Below are positions 1 through 12,848 of a stretch of DNA of 64,000 nt, piece by piece (position 1 is the first letter of the stretch; each line of letters starts with the position of its first letter). The position numbers were made by a program, and so were the translations under genes. The notes under the pieces are model-generated. The model had not been told where the DNA came from, did no database searches, and was given only the letters and a program-made list of their open reading frames with translations. This stretch comes from Octopus sinensis (lineage: Eukaryota): contig NW_021836129.1 of NCBI RefSeq assembly GCF_006345805.1, forward strand, positions 310,001 through 374,000. Direction: 5' to 3'.

Positions 1-472
1 TGACATAAAAAATGAGGACTACAATGAAGGGACACAGTCCTATCTGAGTAATCCACCATTTGTGGTTGAGGAATGGAAGGAAGGACTTGGAGATGCCTTG
101 TCTGAAGGACCCGACCAAAGACACTCTCGTTTTCATTTTACTGAGAGTCGAGCCTGCCTCCAATGGGGAACCAAACCTGTGATCAAGTCAATGTCTATCA
201 TCTGTCTCTGAATTGAATTCTTAATAATATCATCGACTATTCTCTTTGAGTTTAAATTGTTTATTTTCTAAGTATAACAAGTAATGATACTACATCGTTA
301 ATTCTCTTCTCTACAGTGTGTTCCCACAGTTGTTTGTCGTAGCCTTTAAGCTAAGTATTATTAGAATGTGGGAATAAGTATAAGTGCACTCAATCATTAC
401 TTCTTTGTCGAACCATTCCTGAGTCTTCTGGACGAATGAGGAGTACAACTTCTTTAGTTCATCAATTGGCAT
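1..472 (-). CDS. PHTF: PHTF-like gene, second copy (5' exons only; runs off the window start)
   Basis: Near-identical to 47436-47907, which holds the ATG and first exons of the complete PHTF gene (MPIDELKK...LKGYDKQLWEHTVE...IDIDLITGSTLSK). Confidence 0.75.
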
Positions 473-715
473 ATTGAAGAATGACTACGTCAGCGAACAT
501 GCATTATTTAACCTATTAATCTGCCGTATACTGTCGTAGTATTACATGGTTTTTAATTTTGTTTTTTTATTAAATATCTACTCATTTTGAGGCTATGTAG
601 TCAATTATATGTTCACAGATATCAGCATTGGTTGATTCTAATCGTGCGAACTGGAATATTTGGGAATATTTATTTTCTTAGTTCTTTCATTGGGTTAGAT
701 AGAACAGTTTTATTA

Positions 716-848
716 CCAAAAGTGTGATTTGTCATTACGTCATGTATTGATGAATTTTTTTTAATTCAATTGGGAATTTAAATGTCATAATCAATTTAGA
801 TCATTTTTTTATCTGTGTAATCTATTAAAATCGTTAATTGATCAACTA
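716..848 (+). repeat. ~135-bp dispersed repeat (also 3482-3613, 48167-48299, partial 51376-51428)
   Basis: Shared text ccaaaagtgtgatttgtcattacgtcatgtattgatg...atctgtgtaatctattaaa(a)tcgttaattgatcaacta. Confidence 0.85.
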
Positions 849-2669
849 GTGAGATTCTTTTATCAGTCGGGATTAACCACAACACTGAGTTGAAGCCACT
901 TGTCGGTTTTTGAATATTGTACTTAAAATTAAATCAAAGTAATTCTAATTATTAAATCGATTAGAAAAATCGGCCACGAATACCACAAATTCGTGCTTAC
1001 TGATACAACAGCGAGGACTATCCAAACAGAACATCTCCTAGAACGATAATCCTTTGACTCCTTCCTTCCAAGGATGGTAAGGATCACCTGATTAATTTAA
1101 ATTGCTGTTTCTGGGTAATTAATAATTCTCAGTTTATGCCACTGCGTTCAATAAAATCTATATTTGTCGAGGTATTTGGCTTACTTTTGTGAAAATTAGT
1201 TAGTAATGCTTGCCTATCCGATTTTGAGTCGGGCGATCGCTAGAATTGCGAAAAATTGTCTGATAGGAGGGTTCTGCTATGGAATGAAAATGAAGACTCT
1301 CTGTAATGCCAATATATTGCTTAGATATGATAATGTTTTAATTGTATTTGCAAAAAGACCTGATTGTCAGGTTGAGGTTAAAGGAGCTATGTGGGTATAT
1401 CGAGAGTTGTCCTTGCTTCCAAAGACTATTGGTCATGAAAATGAGATAAACACTACTCCCTGCAATTGCATTTATTCCAGCTATCTTAATTGAATACTTA
1501 CTTTACATTTGTATTTTCATCGTAAGCTCATTAATGGCTATTCTCAGTAGATTATGAACTCAATAGGACTAAGATTATGATGAACACATTACTGGACTCA
1601 CTAATGGCTAAAGTCTATTGCATGGCTTTGATAAATCTTTCTAGATATGATTAAAAAGGTCTCCAGGACCTAATAACTTCCCATTAAAAAATTTACCTCA
1701 ATTTACAACTGCTTCTGCAAGAAAATTTGACGTGACCTATTTTATCCCAAATAATGAAATATCATTATGATTTGATACCAATAAAATGTATTTCCAATAT
1801 ATTCATATACATAACTTAGCGATAATCGGATAGGATCCTTAAATAAGATTCTGATCTTTATTTGATTATTCTACTTGATGATTTTTAGACCCCCTTAAGT
1901 GAGGAGGTCCAGTTAAGGCGATGATCATTTCATGAAAATTGATTGGTGTTTGGTTTAGTTTGGTATGACTTTCAAGCACAACTCGAGAACTGAAAATATA
2001 TGGTCTCACAATGAAATACAGTAATATGACTTATAATTAATTATTGCCAATAAGATGATTTATGAAAACATGTCTATAAGCAAGAGCTGTTGTTTTGTAA
2101 ATTATCCTACATCAAACAAGATTAAATCGCTAACTTTTGTTAATTGTTTGATTAACTTTTTTATATTTTTATCTGGAGAAATGAAAACAATCATATCGAC
2201 AAACAATCTGCTAAGAGTTTGGAAACACTTTTTTGCACTAAAATAAAGATGAATAGATCTATGTTACATAACGTTGTAATGAAACAGGAACATTTATTAA
2301 GTTTTGAACTAGTTCTACTTGTCTTAATACAATAGTGGAAAAACTTGATTTTTGTTAATTTTGGATCATATGGTTGAAAAACAAATCAAGTTGAAATAGA
2401 ATACCATCACTACACTGAAAAGTCAAAATCAGGCAAGATGACCATCGACTATTCGTCAGTCTCTTTAAAACTACTCAAAATCTTCCAAGAATGCTAACAC
2501 AAACCACGTGAAGAGAAACCCAAGCATTAGCAACCTTTTCACACTTTGAAGTTTAATTCCTAAAAATTCCGCAAATATGGTAAGTGCATACAACGAAAGG
2601 TTGTGATCGATAGTTAATCAACGCCCTAATACTGAACTAATAACTCATCCAAAATGGCCCCTTAGGCCA

Positions 2670-2752
2670 GATGCCTGGGTCGGTGTTTTGGGGATCCCCG
2701 AATCAACCAGTTTGTCTAATAGTTCATAGATCAAAAGGCAGTTATCAATTTC
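2670..2752 (-). pseudogene. 83-bp fragment of the AP-1 mu coding sequence (second copy 50122-50205)
   Basis: Matches 39996-40079 (EIDNCPLIYELLDELVDWGIPQTTDPGI exon) with few mismatches; the flanks are unrelated to the gene. Confidence 0.85.
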
Positions 2753-2809
2753 AAGCTAGTGAGAAGATTCAAAGTTTTTAGACTTTGGAGTCCATTTTCG
2801 TGTAATCTG

Positions 2810-3040
2810 AAAATTATGTTAGATAACCATGAACTCAAAGAAGATCTGATCGATCTTAGAACAAGCAATGAAGTTAAAATAGAGTTTCACAACTGAACAT
2901 TGGAGTAGTATAAGTTAAATTTCACATTTTCTTAGTGAGGACAGAAAAATGTGAATATTGTTAATATCAATCAAGTTGCTGCTGTTCACTGAAATGTGCA
3001 ATGAGGCACCTGATTTAGCATTGGAAATTGACTTGATGTC
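2810..3040 (+). mobile_element. Possible degenerate hAT transposase C-terminal remnant (copy at ~50270-50470)
   Basis: Broken translation ELKEDLIDLRTSNEVKIEF resembles the Buster/ZBED5-type C-terminus; stops present. Confidence 0.3.
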
Positions 3041-3162
3041 TCCTTGGTAAGTTCGTTTGGGTCTTTCGCTGTTTCTGCGTTGAATTGTTTGTTGATCGAA
3101 AAAAACTGATATGGGAGCCGAAAATTTGAATTTTTATTTCTCAATAATAATTTTTTCAAAAG

Positions 3163-3480
3163 TGGAGCTAACTCGATGAAGAAGAGACATGATGAGGTGA
3201 CAGAATACTCTTTGGCCTTGTCTTGTTGGTAAGGCTTTCAAATGTGCACTGTCCTGCATAGATAATATCGGTAATATCGTTGATATTCAAATTTGACAGG
3301 GGACCAATATATTGTTTGATTGATGCGTCGATTCCATTTAAAATGTCCTTTTTCAACAGTTGTCTTGGAATTCTCCTGGTTGGGACACGGAGCTTTTTTC
3401 CGGTTGTACGTATTTGCACAATTTGCGAACAAAATTCTTCAAAACATTTTCCAAAAATGGAGATTTCAGCCTTCTGGGAT
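3163..3480. mobile_element. R4/Dong-like non-LTR remnant (3' end on +, N-terminal part on -); fuller copy at 50605-51300
   Basis: ggagctaactcgatgaag...gacaga is shared with the R4-like 3' end at 16750. The minus ORF (TRRIPRQLLKKDILNGID...IIYAGQCTF...KTRPKS) resembles the pre-RT region of such elements. Confidence 0.45.
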
Positions 3481-5822
3481 CCCAAAAGTGTGATTTGTCA
3501 TTACGTCATGTATTGATGGATATTTTTAAATTCAATTGGGCATTCAAATGTCATGATCAATTTAGATTATTTTTTATCTGTGTAATCTATTAAATTCGTT
3601 AATTGATCAACTAATCATATTCACTTCTAACTGGCTAACAATAACTTTTATTTAAAAAATAAATTCGGAAGAGGCCAGAAGTCACTTAGTTTTAAAAAGA
3701 AAAAAGTGTCCATTCATTTTTAGTGACTTTGAAACATAAAGCAAATTTTGTCTAAAAAAGGAGGAATTCTGCCACTCATTTATTTAAAGAAATGTGTCAT
3801 CACCACCGAGAATTCACAAAGTTCAGACAAATGTTTGTTAGTATTAAATAATTCTTTACTCAGTAATTCAGCCTTTCCCGTATTTTTTGAATGTTTAAAT
3901 TTAATAATAAAAAATTTTTTATGAGAAAATGTTTCATAGCGATGACATTTTCTCAAAAATTAGAATTGTTTTAATCTTAAATTAAGAATCAGTTACGATC
4001 TATATAAATTTACTTAATTGTTTTGGACTATTCAAGAACGATTGTTTTTGTAACACCTCTTTCTCGCTTTACAGCTTCATGGTTACTAACTAGTCTTGCC
4101 AGGGAAATCAATTGGACGGGCGGTACAATTATAAAATCAATCTTAGAGGTGTCACTATTTACAATCGCGAGGATTCCAATATTGCATAGTTGTGTCATCA
4201 CGTATTGTTTTGTCTTTAATGTGGTTAAAAATGTAAATTTTAATTCATATCGCTTATCCAATTTCATAATTAAAAGTTGCGTTTAATGGTGTAAAAGTAT
4301 CAAATCACAAATGTCCCTATCAGTTTGCAGAGGAAATAATGTGATTGTATTTTTATTACAACAAATAGAGAATGAACAAAAAAATCCCCGTCTCTACAAA
4401 ATATAAAAAATCACTGACAGCACAGACTTTCTCCTCTGACCGATGATCTACACATGCAAACACATTTTAAATATTGCCATAAATAGAGAAAAACAAATTA
4501 TAAAAGTAGAAATTAAGGGTATTTCGAAATTGTGAATAATTCTAATTTTTAACAAATATCCTCTTTCCTATGCAGTTATGAAGAGTAAGGGTGTTAGTAC
4601 TGACTGCACCCAGATGTTGCCCAGCTGATGAATTCAAACAAATTATTGTAGAGACTTATTTTCCGTTTGTATTCTGTCATTGTTTGACTTGAACATAATA
4701 ATTTGTTCCTCCCGAGGGTATGACTTGTTTATCAATGGGCTGAACATTATGAAATATCAACAGTTAATTTCATTTAATCGCGGAAAGGAAATTTTCTCAA
4801 GGAGGATTTATTTTGTCAGTTCATATGTGAACGTTTACTATTAGTTCGATTAAACGTTGTATTATCCTTCAATAAAAATGATTATAATCTATCAATGAAT
4901 GCTCAATGACTGAGTTCATTTATAATAGTAAACGTTGTATTATCGAACTGATTTCATATGTGAACGTTTACTACTCAGTCATTGAGCATTCAGAGTATTT
5001 TTCGCTCTTGGTAAGATTGAGAGTACCCGTGATCTTTTCATAAAACGAATGGGTCCATTAGACGTTGACGGGGAGATTATCTCTGCCTGGCGTCTATCGA
5101 ATGCTGGGTTCACCCGTAAACGTGAACTTCTGACGATGCTAGGCTCGTTAGAGGGTATGGTCTTCAAAAATCAGTTGCAGATGCACCAATCGTAGATAAA
5201 TCAAAATTAAGATGGTTTAAAAAAATTCAAAAGGTATACAAAAACGAATATGAAAATGTCAAAATAATAAAAAAGATTGACTTTGAAGGAATAAAATAAA
5301 AATAAATCATACAAATGATAAAATTTCAAATTCTGAATTCAGGAAGTGAAAGTTTATAATGATTTATTCCTTACAAATCAAATTAAATAAATATGTAGCA
5401 AAGTACACATAAAATACCAACAAACTATGCCAACCATGCGTATCAGCGTGTTATAATTTATTGGCCTTACCTTTAAAAATAGATTAACCATAGTGTAATA
5501 ATTTTAATAAATATGAATTTTATTTATATTTTCAAAAAGATTCTCATGCCAATTCGCTAATCTAACATTCTATTATATAGAGCTCTTTTAGTCATTCCGG
5601 CACTGGCCACACGAGCAGGCAGTGCAATAGATCATCCTCTTTCTTTTGTTCATCGTTTTGCATTTTCTGCAGATCTCATCTTCTCTTGCAGTTTCTTGGA
5701 TGTCCTTTTCAGATTTTTCCTTTCTTTTTTCTTTTCTTTTTTCCTTCTTCTTAGACACAATAAATGGAACACACCATTACAACGTCACAGTGAAAGATCC
5801 ATATTTTCACGAATTCTTTTCT

Positions 5823-6437
5823 TTACTTTAGCTTTGAATGAACAATAGACAGACATCCAATTTTTGAACGTCCTTCTTTACGACGACAAAATAAATTAAA
5901 ATTTGACTCATCTATCCAAATTATAGTTCTTCCTTTAGATCTCGCATTCAAAAGACGTGTTAAATAATCCATTCTTTTTATTTTATTTTCCTCTGTATTC
6001 ATGTTTATTGTGATTGGCCGAATTGATTTCAATGAAATTAATTGTCCATCAAGCCAATTTTTACTGTATTTACACAAACAGTAACATTGAATTGAGCTTG
6101 AATTTTTTCAGTACATTCGACCAGTGAGATCTGGCAATCACATTCAATCCAAGTTAATAGAGCAGATATAATTTCTTCACTTTTTTTACTCCAAATCTTT
6201 CCTCCTTTAGGAAGTAATTCAATTTTTTTATTTTTAATCCAATAATATGCGGTCCTTTCTTTCACTCCAAAGACCTGCATAAAGAGCGCCAATCTCCATC
6301 TCTATCGTATGTGTCTATGATCAATTTCCGTTTTTCCATTGAATATTTTCCGTAATGTCCTCTTCCTTGTCTGTTTATGCAAATGTCTTCTGTACCATTT
6401 TCTTGTGAATTTCGGAGGCTTCTGGATTTTGTGCCAT
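5823..6437 (-). mobile_element. IS630/Tc1-mariner transposase, N-terminal half, frameshifted
   Basis: HTH-like region followed by IIWIDESNFNLFCRRKEGRSKIG (first catalytic Asp), across ORFs 6038-6292 and 5823-6077. Confidence 0.8.
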
Positions 6438-8495
6438 TTTTAATTTAATTTTAAACGCAAAAATACTTTATATATATTGTTTAAACGCATTAATGTTGCG
6501 TCAAGGTTATACAAATGAATTTGTAAATTGAATTGTAAAATTGGAGGAGAACGGTGAATTCATTCTCTGGAACCTAACAGACTGACTGTAGACAGAAAGA
6601 ATATAAACATGTTGAAATACCAAAAGATTTGGTGAATCCGTATTTCACATATGAATCATCCCAATTACCTACTTTCTCCTTTAATATCGTTATTTTTCTG
6701 CACCACAGAAAACACAATTATTATAGCATGCTATCTAATTAATATATGGAATCAAGGAGCAAGACTTTAATTCTACCCTCTGCGCGAGCGGTTTTCTTTG
6801 AGTGTGCATCCACCTCTGCAGACGAATACCCACTGCACAGATTATTAGAGACGGGACTGTAACGGGTGGTGTGGATGAGATTAAGTGAACAGCAGCCGAG
6901 ATATCTCCCTGCATTATTACATTTTCTAATTGGAAATATTTTCGATTTTGACTATTTTTGACTAATTAATGTAGTAAAATGTGAATACAAAGGGTTTTCA
7001 TATCTAAGCGGTTTAAAATTAAAGTGCAATCTGAATAAATACATTTTTTGTCCTAAAATATTAATAATCAGTTAACAAGTAGGTATTTAAATTAATCACT
7101 GTTTGGTATACTTGAACACTACACAATATTTATATTAACCAATGGGTTTATAGAAACAATTATTCTTGCAACTAACTTTATATGTTAACAGAAATGTGCA
7201 AATAGCTTTAAATTTAGATCAAAATGTATTGAAATTAAAAAATAGTGAACATATGGTAAGTTAGTTTACATAAAAAATTATAGCCTATATCGGTATTAGA
7301 TATCAAGAAATGTGTTATCGAGAGAGCATTTTCCTAATCAAATATTCGGATGCCACTATTTAACTAACACGGATGTCGCGGTGACCACATCCTGAAGTTG
7401 TTCACGTTGCCTGGCGCTTTATCTAATTTCTATCTATCTTACGCGTGTCCCTCAAATCTTTTATTTTGAAAAATTTGTTAATCTCAGCGTCCGTGGTAAT
7501 GAAGATGTCACCCTGAATGGTTCATTTAAATTCAGACGTAACAATGTTGTTGATGTTATTTCAGGCTTTGGCCAAATCGGTTATCCATTTAATGGTTCCA
7601 GGTTGAATTTCATTCTGCTATCTCCGACTATTCTATATTTGATCACACCATCGCAACCCCTTTCTGAAAAGGTTTTCAGGCTAAGATCGATAGATCCGAA
7701 AGATCTGCTTGTGCTTGGAACGCCAATCTCCAGTCGAAGGATATCTATTGTTATCCCGATAAGAAAAGCGACCGCACAAATACTTGTAGGAACTTGTCCA
7801 TATGAATTTTGAAGAACTTTGAAATAAGACGATGCCATGTCAAGACTACCTGAATAATTTTACTTTTGCTTTAATTTATTTGCAAGCATACAGTATTTTG
7901 CAATTTTCCACTTGAACTGCCTTTAAACGGTTTGTTGGTTTTTTCATAAACAAAAATGTCAGGTTTATTGTATTAAACTATCGTTTCTGTCATCAATTAA
8001 CACTGATTTCGACATTTTGGGTGATATTATTGACGCATCCGAATCCACCTTCATGTTTGAAAAAAACAAATTCCAATCCTCCAAAAGAATGTAAAATGCT
8101 TAGATTATGGGCTATAATTCCCTTAGGATAACAATGCGGGACGTAGATAGGTAGACATTTGATTCTTACATTTAAAATAACCAAATGTAGTGATCTACAA
8201 ATGATTCGGTTAACCAAATGTTTCCTCTTAGTATCTTTAAATGATTTAATGTACGGGTTTTCCCGACAGTTGCATATTTGGAGATAAGAAATCCTGCGAT
8301 TGTTTATAAGTGCTATTTTTTACTCGCAGAATATCTGAACTCCTTTTTTCGTATAATTATTATTTGTCTTTCCTCAAATAATATTATAGTAAAATCTCTT
8401 GAATCCGCCGATTTTTTGGCCGGTCCCAAAATCTATTATTTCGTTTATTTTCAAACCTGTAAACTCAGCTTTAAAACTTTTTATTAGTATGTTAC

Positions 8496-8961
8496 TCATT
8501 TCAGTATGTTACTCATTTTATCTTCGAGCACTCCCAGGTATCGGTAGCTATCAAGTCCATCAAGTAGTTTTGCCTCGGAAGCCAAGCACTGCACGTTAGT
8601 AGCTGTTACTTCACATTTAATAATCTGCTTAACGGATCCATCAATAGCACAAAGATCTGAGGGATAACGAGTCTCCTTGTAGGATTCCCTTTCGAAATTT
8701 AAGTTCTTCAATTTCTTTTTTGTCAAATATCAATTTAATTTTCCATCTTTTCACCAAATTTTTGATGAAATCTTTAATCCAATTTGGAAGGCCAGAAGAG
8801 TCAAGAATCTTAAAGAGAAAGTCCACTGTGTCAAAAGCTTTTCTAACATCGATCCAAGCAGAGGCCAAATTATTTCCGTTTTGTTGATTGACAGACTGAT
8901 TAATTATTGCTTGCTCTTTGGCTCCTTGACATAATTTCCGAATTGTAATGTCAAACGTCAT
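8496..8961 (-). mobile_element. R4/Dong-like non-LTR reverse transcriptase fragment
   Basis: AWIDVRKAFDTV, RKGILQGDSLS and YRYLGVLED RT motifs; frameshifted and internally deleted. Confidence 0.85.
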
Positions 8962-9075
8962 TATTGTGGTTTCAAATATCCGAATTGTGATCTCAACAGT
9001 CGAAAATATAAATATCCTTTAATTTTTTCTGCACATTACTGAAAAATATTTATTAATGAAATTAATGTTAAGTTT

Positions 9076-9430
9076 CTAAATATTGTCATCGGGAGTTAAA
9101 TCGTTCATCTCCATAATACTTGGAAAATGTTTCTGAACATGATTGCATGTTAGTGAGCAAATTCTTGGTGTTATTGCAGAAATACAAGTGTCTATGCAAC
9201 TTTCTAAAATTCGTAGTCTGGTTTCTTTTTGGGTGAGTCCATTTTCTGTAATTAACAAATCAGTTGTAGCCATTTTTCTGTTTAGTTCACTCTTAAGCAT
9301 GCTCCAGCATTCCTCTATTAGATTCAATGGTGCACTGTAAGGTCCCAATCTTATAATTTTAATATCTCGAAATTCTCCTCCAATCATTTTCTTTAATTGT
9401 GAAGGTGCCGGTGCTTTGTCTATCACAATT
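9076..9430 (-). mobile_element. IS630/Tc1 transposase C-terminal DDE fragment
   Basis: D(K)AP...RLGPYSAPLNLIEECWSMLK, equivalent to LPPYSP.LNPIE.CWS. Confidence 0.8.
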
Positions 9431-9559
9431 CAAATTTCTGAATATTTTTCAATTTGAAATTATGGTCGTTCAAATCTTGGATCCAAGATTCACTTTTCAT
9501 CTGGTCTGTGTTTTGACTTTTCATTTCCATAAATAAAATTATTTCCTGTTCTAACAGAT

Positions 9560-9900
9560 AAAATCTTTTGACAACTTTATGAATCGATAAAGATATCTTT
9601 GTAAAACTACAACAAATTTACTTTAACTATGAAGTTGCTGGTAAATTGCGAATTGAAATAGAAAAATTAAATCCTGGCTTATTATTTGCAAATTTTTATT
9701 GTATTCATCAGCAAAATGTGTCCTCAAAAATTTTACAAATAGAAAATACTATTACTTTGGTCACAAAATAATAAACTATATTAAAGATGATGCACTTAAT
9801 TACCACCAATTCAGCAAAATGTTGATAGATATGGATAATCAGTTTAGCAACCTTTTTTATGCTAGTACTGTTGTAGTTTTACAAAGATATCTTTACTTTC
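9560..9900 (+). mobile_element. hAT (SPIN/Buster-like) transposase internal fragment
   Basis: YCIHQQN motif, then KIINYIKDDALNYHQFSKMLIDMDNQFSNLFY, resembling KIVNFIRSRALNHRQF...YGDLLY. Confidence 0.65.
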
Positions 9901-10092
9901 ATTAGTATGGTGCATAATACCAATTTGAGAAATTCTTCATAAATTTTAAAATCTGGGTTACAAGCCCGAAAAAAGATTGCTGATTGTGCAATTTCAATAC
10001 GTCGGCTGTTTCCTCGATCGAAGTTGAAAAATATTCAAATTTCAAAAATCATATTTTAATCGCTCATTTAAATGCGAAGACATTTTATTTAT

Positions 10093-10329
10093 TTAACCCC
10101 ATTCCCCTTCCCCTGAAATTAAGTTAAGGATAGAGTGAATCTTATATGATTTTCTTATACCGGTGAAGTTTTTGCAATCCAGGAGGACATGTGTTACTGT
10201 ATGTCGTCCGTCATGGCAGATTAGACAGGACGGATCGACTTCCTTATCGACTTTGTTTTGATAGTAGAGGTGTAAAGAGTGATGCCCACAGCGAAATCTT
10301 ACGAGTTCTACCCGATCTTTACGAAACAT
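10093..10329 (-). mobile_element. LINE (I/Jockey-group) C-terminal CCHC knuckle fragment
   Basis: LVRFRCGHHSL...PSCLICHDGRHTVTHVLLDC matches the R.R.GH...C..C....TV.H.L..C signature. Confidence 0.7.
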
Positions 10330-10360
10330 TTCTTTGATATGTTCAGCAACTGTATTTTAG

Positions 10361-10893
10361 TCAAATAAATCTCTTTAAACAAATACGCATTATCAGGTCA
10401 AATAATTTGGATGTTTTCACGAGACATTGTTTGATGAGATCACCATCACAAGATGATTTCATTGCAAGCATTCTGCTGATTTCATAACTGATGCAGTACT
10501 TCGATTGTAATTTTTGTGAAATGAGCCCGTCACGAGTCAAATTATTTTGTAATTCATCAAGCTGTAAAACACGCATTGTACTTTTTAGTTAATAAACAAC
10601 TTAGTATCTTGAAAATAATCGTAATGATTAGAAATGTAATGCCTTTTTAAGTTGTATTCCTTCGGTATAGCGATTAACTGGTTACACACCAAAGAATGTA
10701 TTTTTGCATCAATAGTTATAGATAAGTTCCCATTTTTTGAAACACAATTGTCATCTTTCAAACACTGTTTTTAGTTCAAGAAGAAACACGTGACATTGTC
10801 AAACAAGATTTATTAAAAAATAATTAAAATTAAAAATATTTTCTATTTGAAAGGCTCGCGGCCGCACCTATACATGCATGTTTGACAACCCTG
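10361..10893 (-). mobile_element. hAT (SPIN/Charlie-like) 5' end with terminal repeat and degenerate N-terminus
   Basis: Minus strand begins CAGGGTTGTCAAAC (hAT-type TIR); encodes LVCNQLIAIPKEYNLKRHY and SYEISRMLAMKS.CDGDLIKQCL. Confidence 0.7.
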
Positions 10894-12767
10894 CTATAGA
10901 TCCTGAACTTCTATTTGTGAAGAATTGATTAGTATTGACACGGGTCTCTATCTTGCTGAAGATTTTGTCAACAAAGGGAAGGATACAAATATCTTGATGC
11001 AATTTGCTTTATTTCATACTAGTTGTTAGATTTCTTTGCGTCTTTGTGGGATTTCCAACTGCTGGATTTTCAATTCCTACTGTATTTTATATGTTTGATG
11101 GGCTTACCTCATGTTTTCTATCAGAGAAATGATTTTGTTGATCGAATTTTACTAATTACTCTTTTATTAACCTAATAGCTTTAGGAGTGCCTGTTTCGTA
11201 ATTGATTTAATTTTTAAGCTATTCTGATAGGGTTTTTACTGATTCCCATTTATTACACATAAGAGGCATATTTATATACCAGTGAAAAGATGTAGGTCAC
11301 CGCGTCACAATACCGAACCTCGAATGACTGGAACCTTCCTCGTCCAGTAGTAATCTTGTGCTGCAAATAGGATGTGCTTTGAGTCAGTCTCATGTATGTG
11401 GCTAGAAGCTTAGTTTAGTAAAGACAGCTGAAGTTGGCCCGACTTTGAGCGAGATTTGCGTAATGTATTTAAGTAAAAAATTCCGGCCTATCCCTTTTGG
11501 ACTGGTTTGAATAATGTAAATAACATATTAACTATTGACATTTGAAGTTTGTAATTGACAAATTGTCTTGAAAATTATCTACGCGAAGCAATTGTTCGTC
11601 CGAGGTTATCTATAAAGTAGTAGATTTTCTTTGATCTCACAGGTTTGAATGCCATGGGGATAAAAATGTTCCAAAAAGTTTATTATTTATTTTTGTACAT
11701 TAGCCTTGTTCCCTGCGTGGCCATGAAATATGGCCGACGACCTAGAAAAACACGGAAAATAACTTTTTTTTGAAGGACTAATCGGTTATTGAATTAAAAG
11801 AATGGCATTAGAAATAATATTAGACTGAAAAATTATACAGTTTCTAATCCTATTAGATAGTGGGCCTTCCTCCGAGAAATCGAAAACAAAGCAGATATAC
11901 GACCATGTCTCCACCAAGGCTATTCGAAAACTTGCCTGGAATAAACTGCTAGACGACTCTCCTCCGGTAGGCATTATGGACTTATGGAAGCGCCCAGCAC
12001 TCGCTGCTGAGCCCCTGAGGACAGCCGGCCTTCTGCAAGCTAGAGAGGTCGGGGTAACTAACTAACTATTAGATCGTGGAAGATGTCAAACCTGACATTC
12101 AAAATTCATATCTGTATTTAGAAATCTCACCAGACCTTCCTAGATAGAGTTCTAAGATCAGTCCTAGACATCTTTAGGAAGGTCCAAGGAAAAAACTGAC
12201 ACAATTTTCAAACTCAGGGGCTAATTTTTGTTAATTTGGTTATAAATTATTATGTTATAAATTATTATTTAATTATAAATTATTGTTTTAATTTTTTCTA
12301 GTGGCTCCACGTGCTAAGGGCTTGAGGATCAATTTCGGATCCACTTGAGTCCCCTACTGTAATACATCAAACCGCAAGTATCCTACTAAATTTGACGAAA
12401 TACATCAAAAAAACAAACCGCAGTGGCGATTAACATACTCAATCAATTCTGTAAATAAAAGTGTTCATATTCAAGTCTAAAAATGCACTTTTATTTCAAC
12501 GAAAAAAAACGCGAGTTCTCTGCTTGTGTGCAACCAATCAGCCTAATTTTTTCAGGAAAGCTGCATCCCATGATGATTGACTATATTAACTAGTTCGGCC
12601 TCCTCTGTATTTTTCGTTCACCTCAAACTAAGGAATCGTGTGATGTGGGTCTTATGACGGGAGACCAGCTGTGAAAATGAGAAAATAAATTAATTAAAAA
12701 ATGAATCTATATCAATTTTGACGTTTTTTGACCGTTTTTGAATATATTTATAGCTACTACAATAAAA

Positions 12768-12848
12768 GCTAAGGCACTGACATCTATCCGTAATTAACTT
12801 TCAAAGGCTAAGGCACTGACGTCTATCCGTAATTAACTTTCAAAGGCT
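12768..12848 (+). repeat. 39-bp tandem duplication
   Basis: gctaaggcactgac(a/g)tctatccgtaattaactttcaaag occurs twice in tandem. Confidence 0.95.

Larger units (their letters stand above)
1..5715 (+). repeat. Segmental duplication copy A (paralogous or allelic to 47436-57420)
   Basis: Position 1 matches 47436. Colinear high-identity match to about 3540/51430, then patchy matches (4481/51669, 4795/51745, 5026/55332, 5277/56971) until about 5715/57420. Confidence 0.9.

Noticed and set aside
80-94. 15-bp match gaaggacttggagat between PHTF and AP1M (~39938)
   Set aside because: A match this short is expected by chance in a 64-kb self-comparison.
6780-6915. U1 snRNA (minus strand GCAGGGAGATA)
   Set aside because: It lacks the 5' ATACTTACCTG and an Sm site; the translation (QGDISAAVHLISS) looks more like a retroelement scrap.
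5823-9430. One Tc1/IS630 element split by nested insertions
   Set aside because: On the minus strand the C-terminal piece (9430-9076) precedes the N-terminal piece (6437-5823), so they are separate copies.
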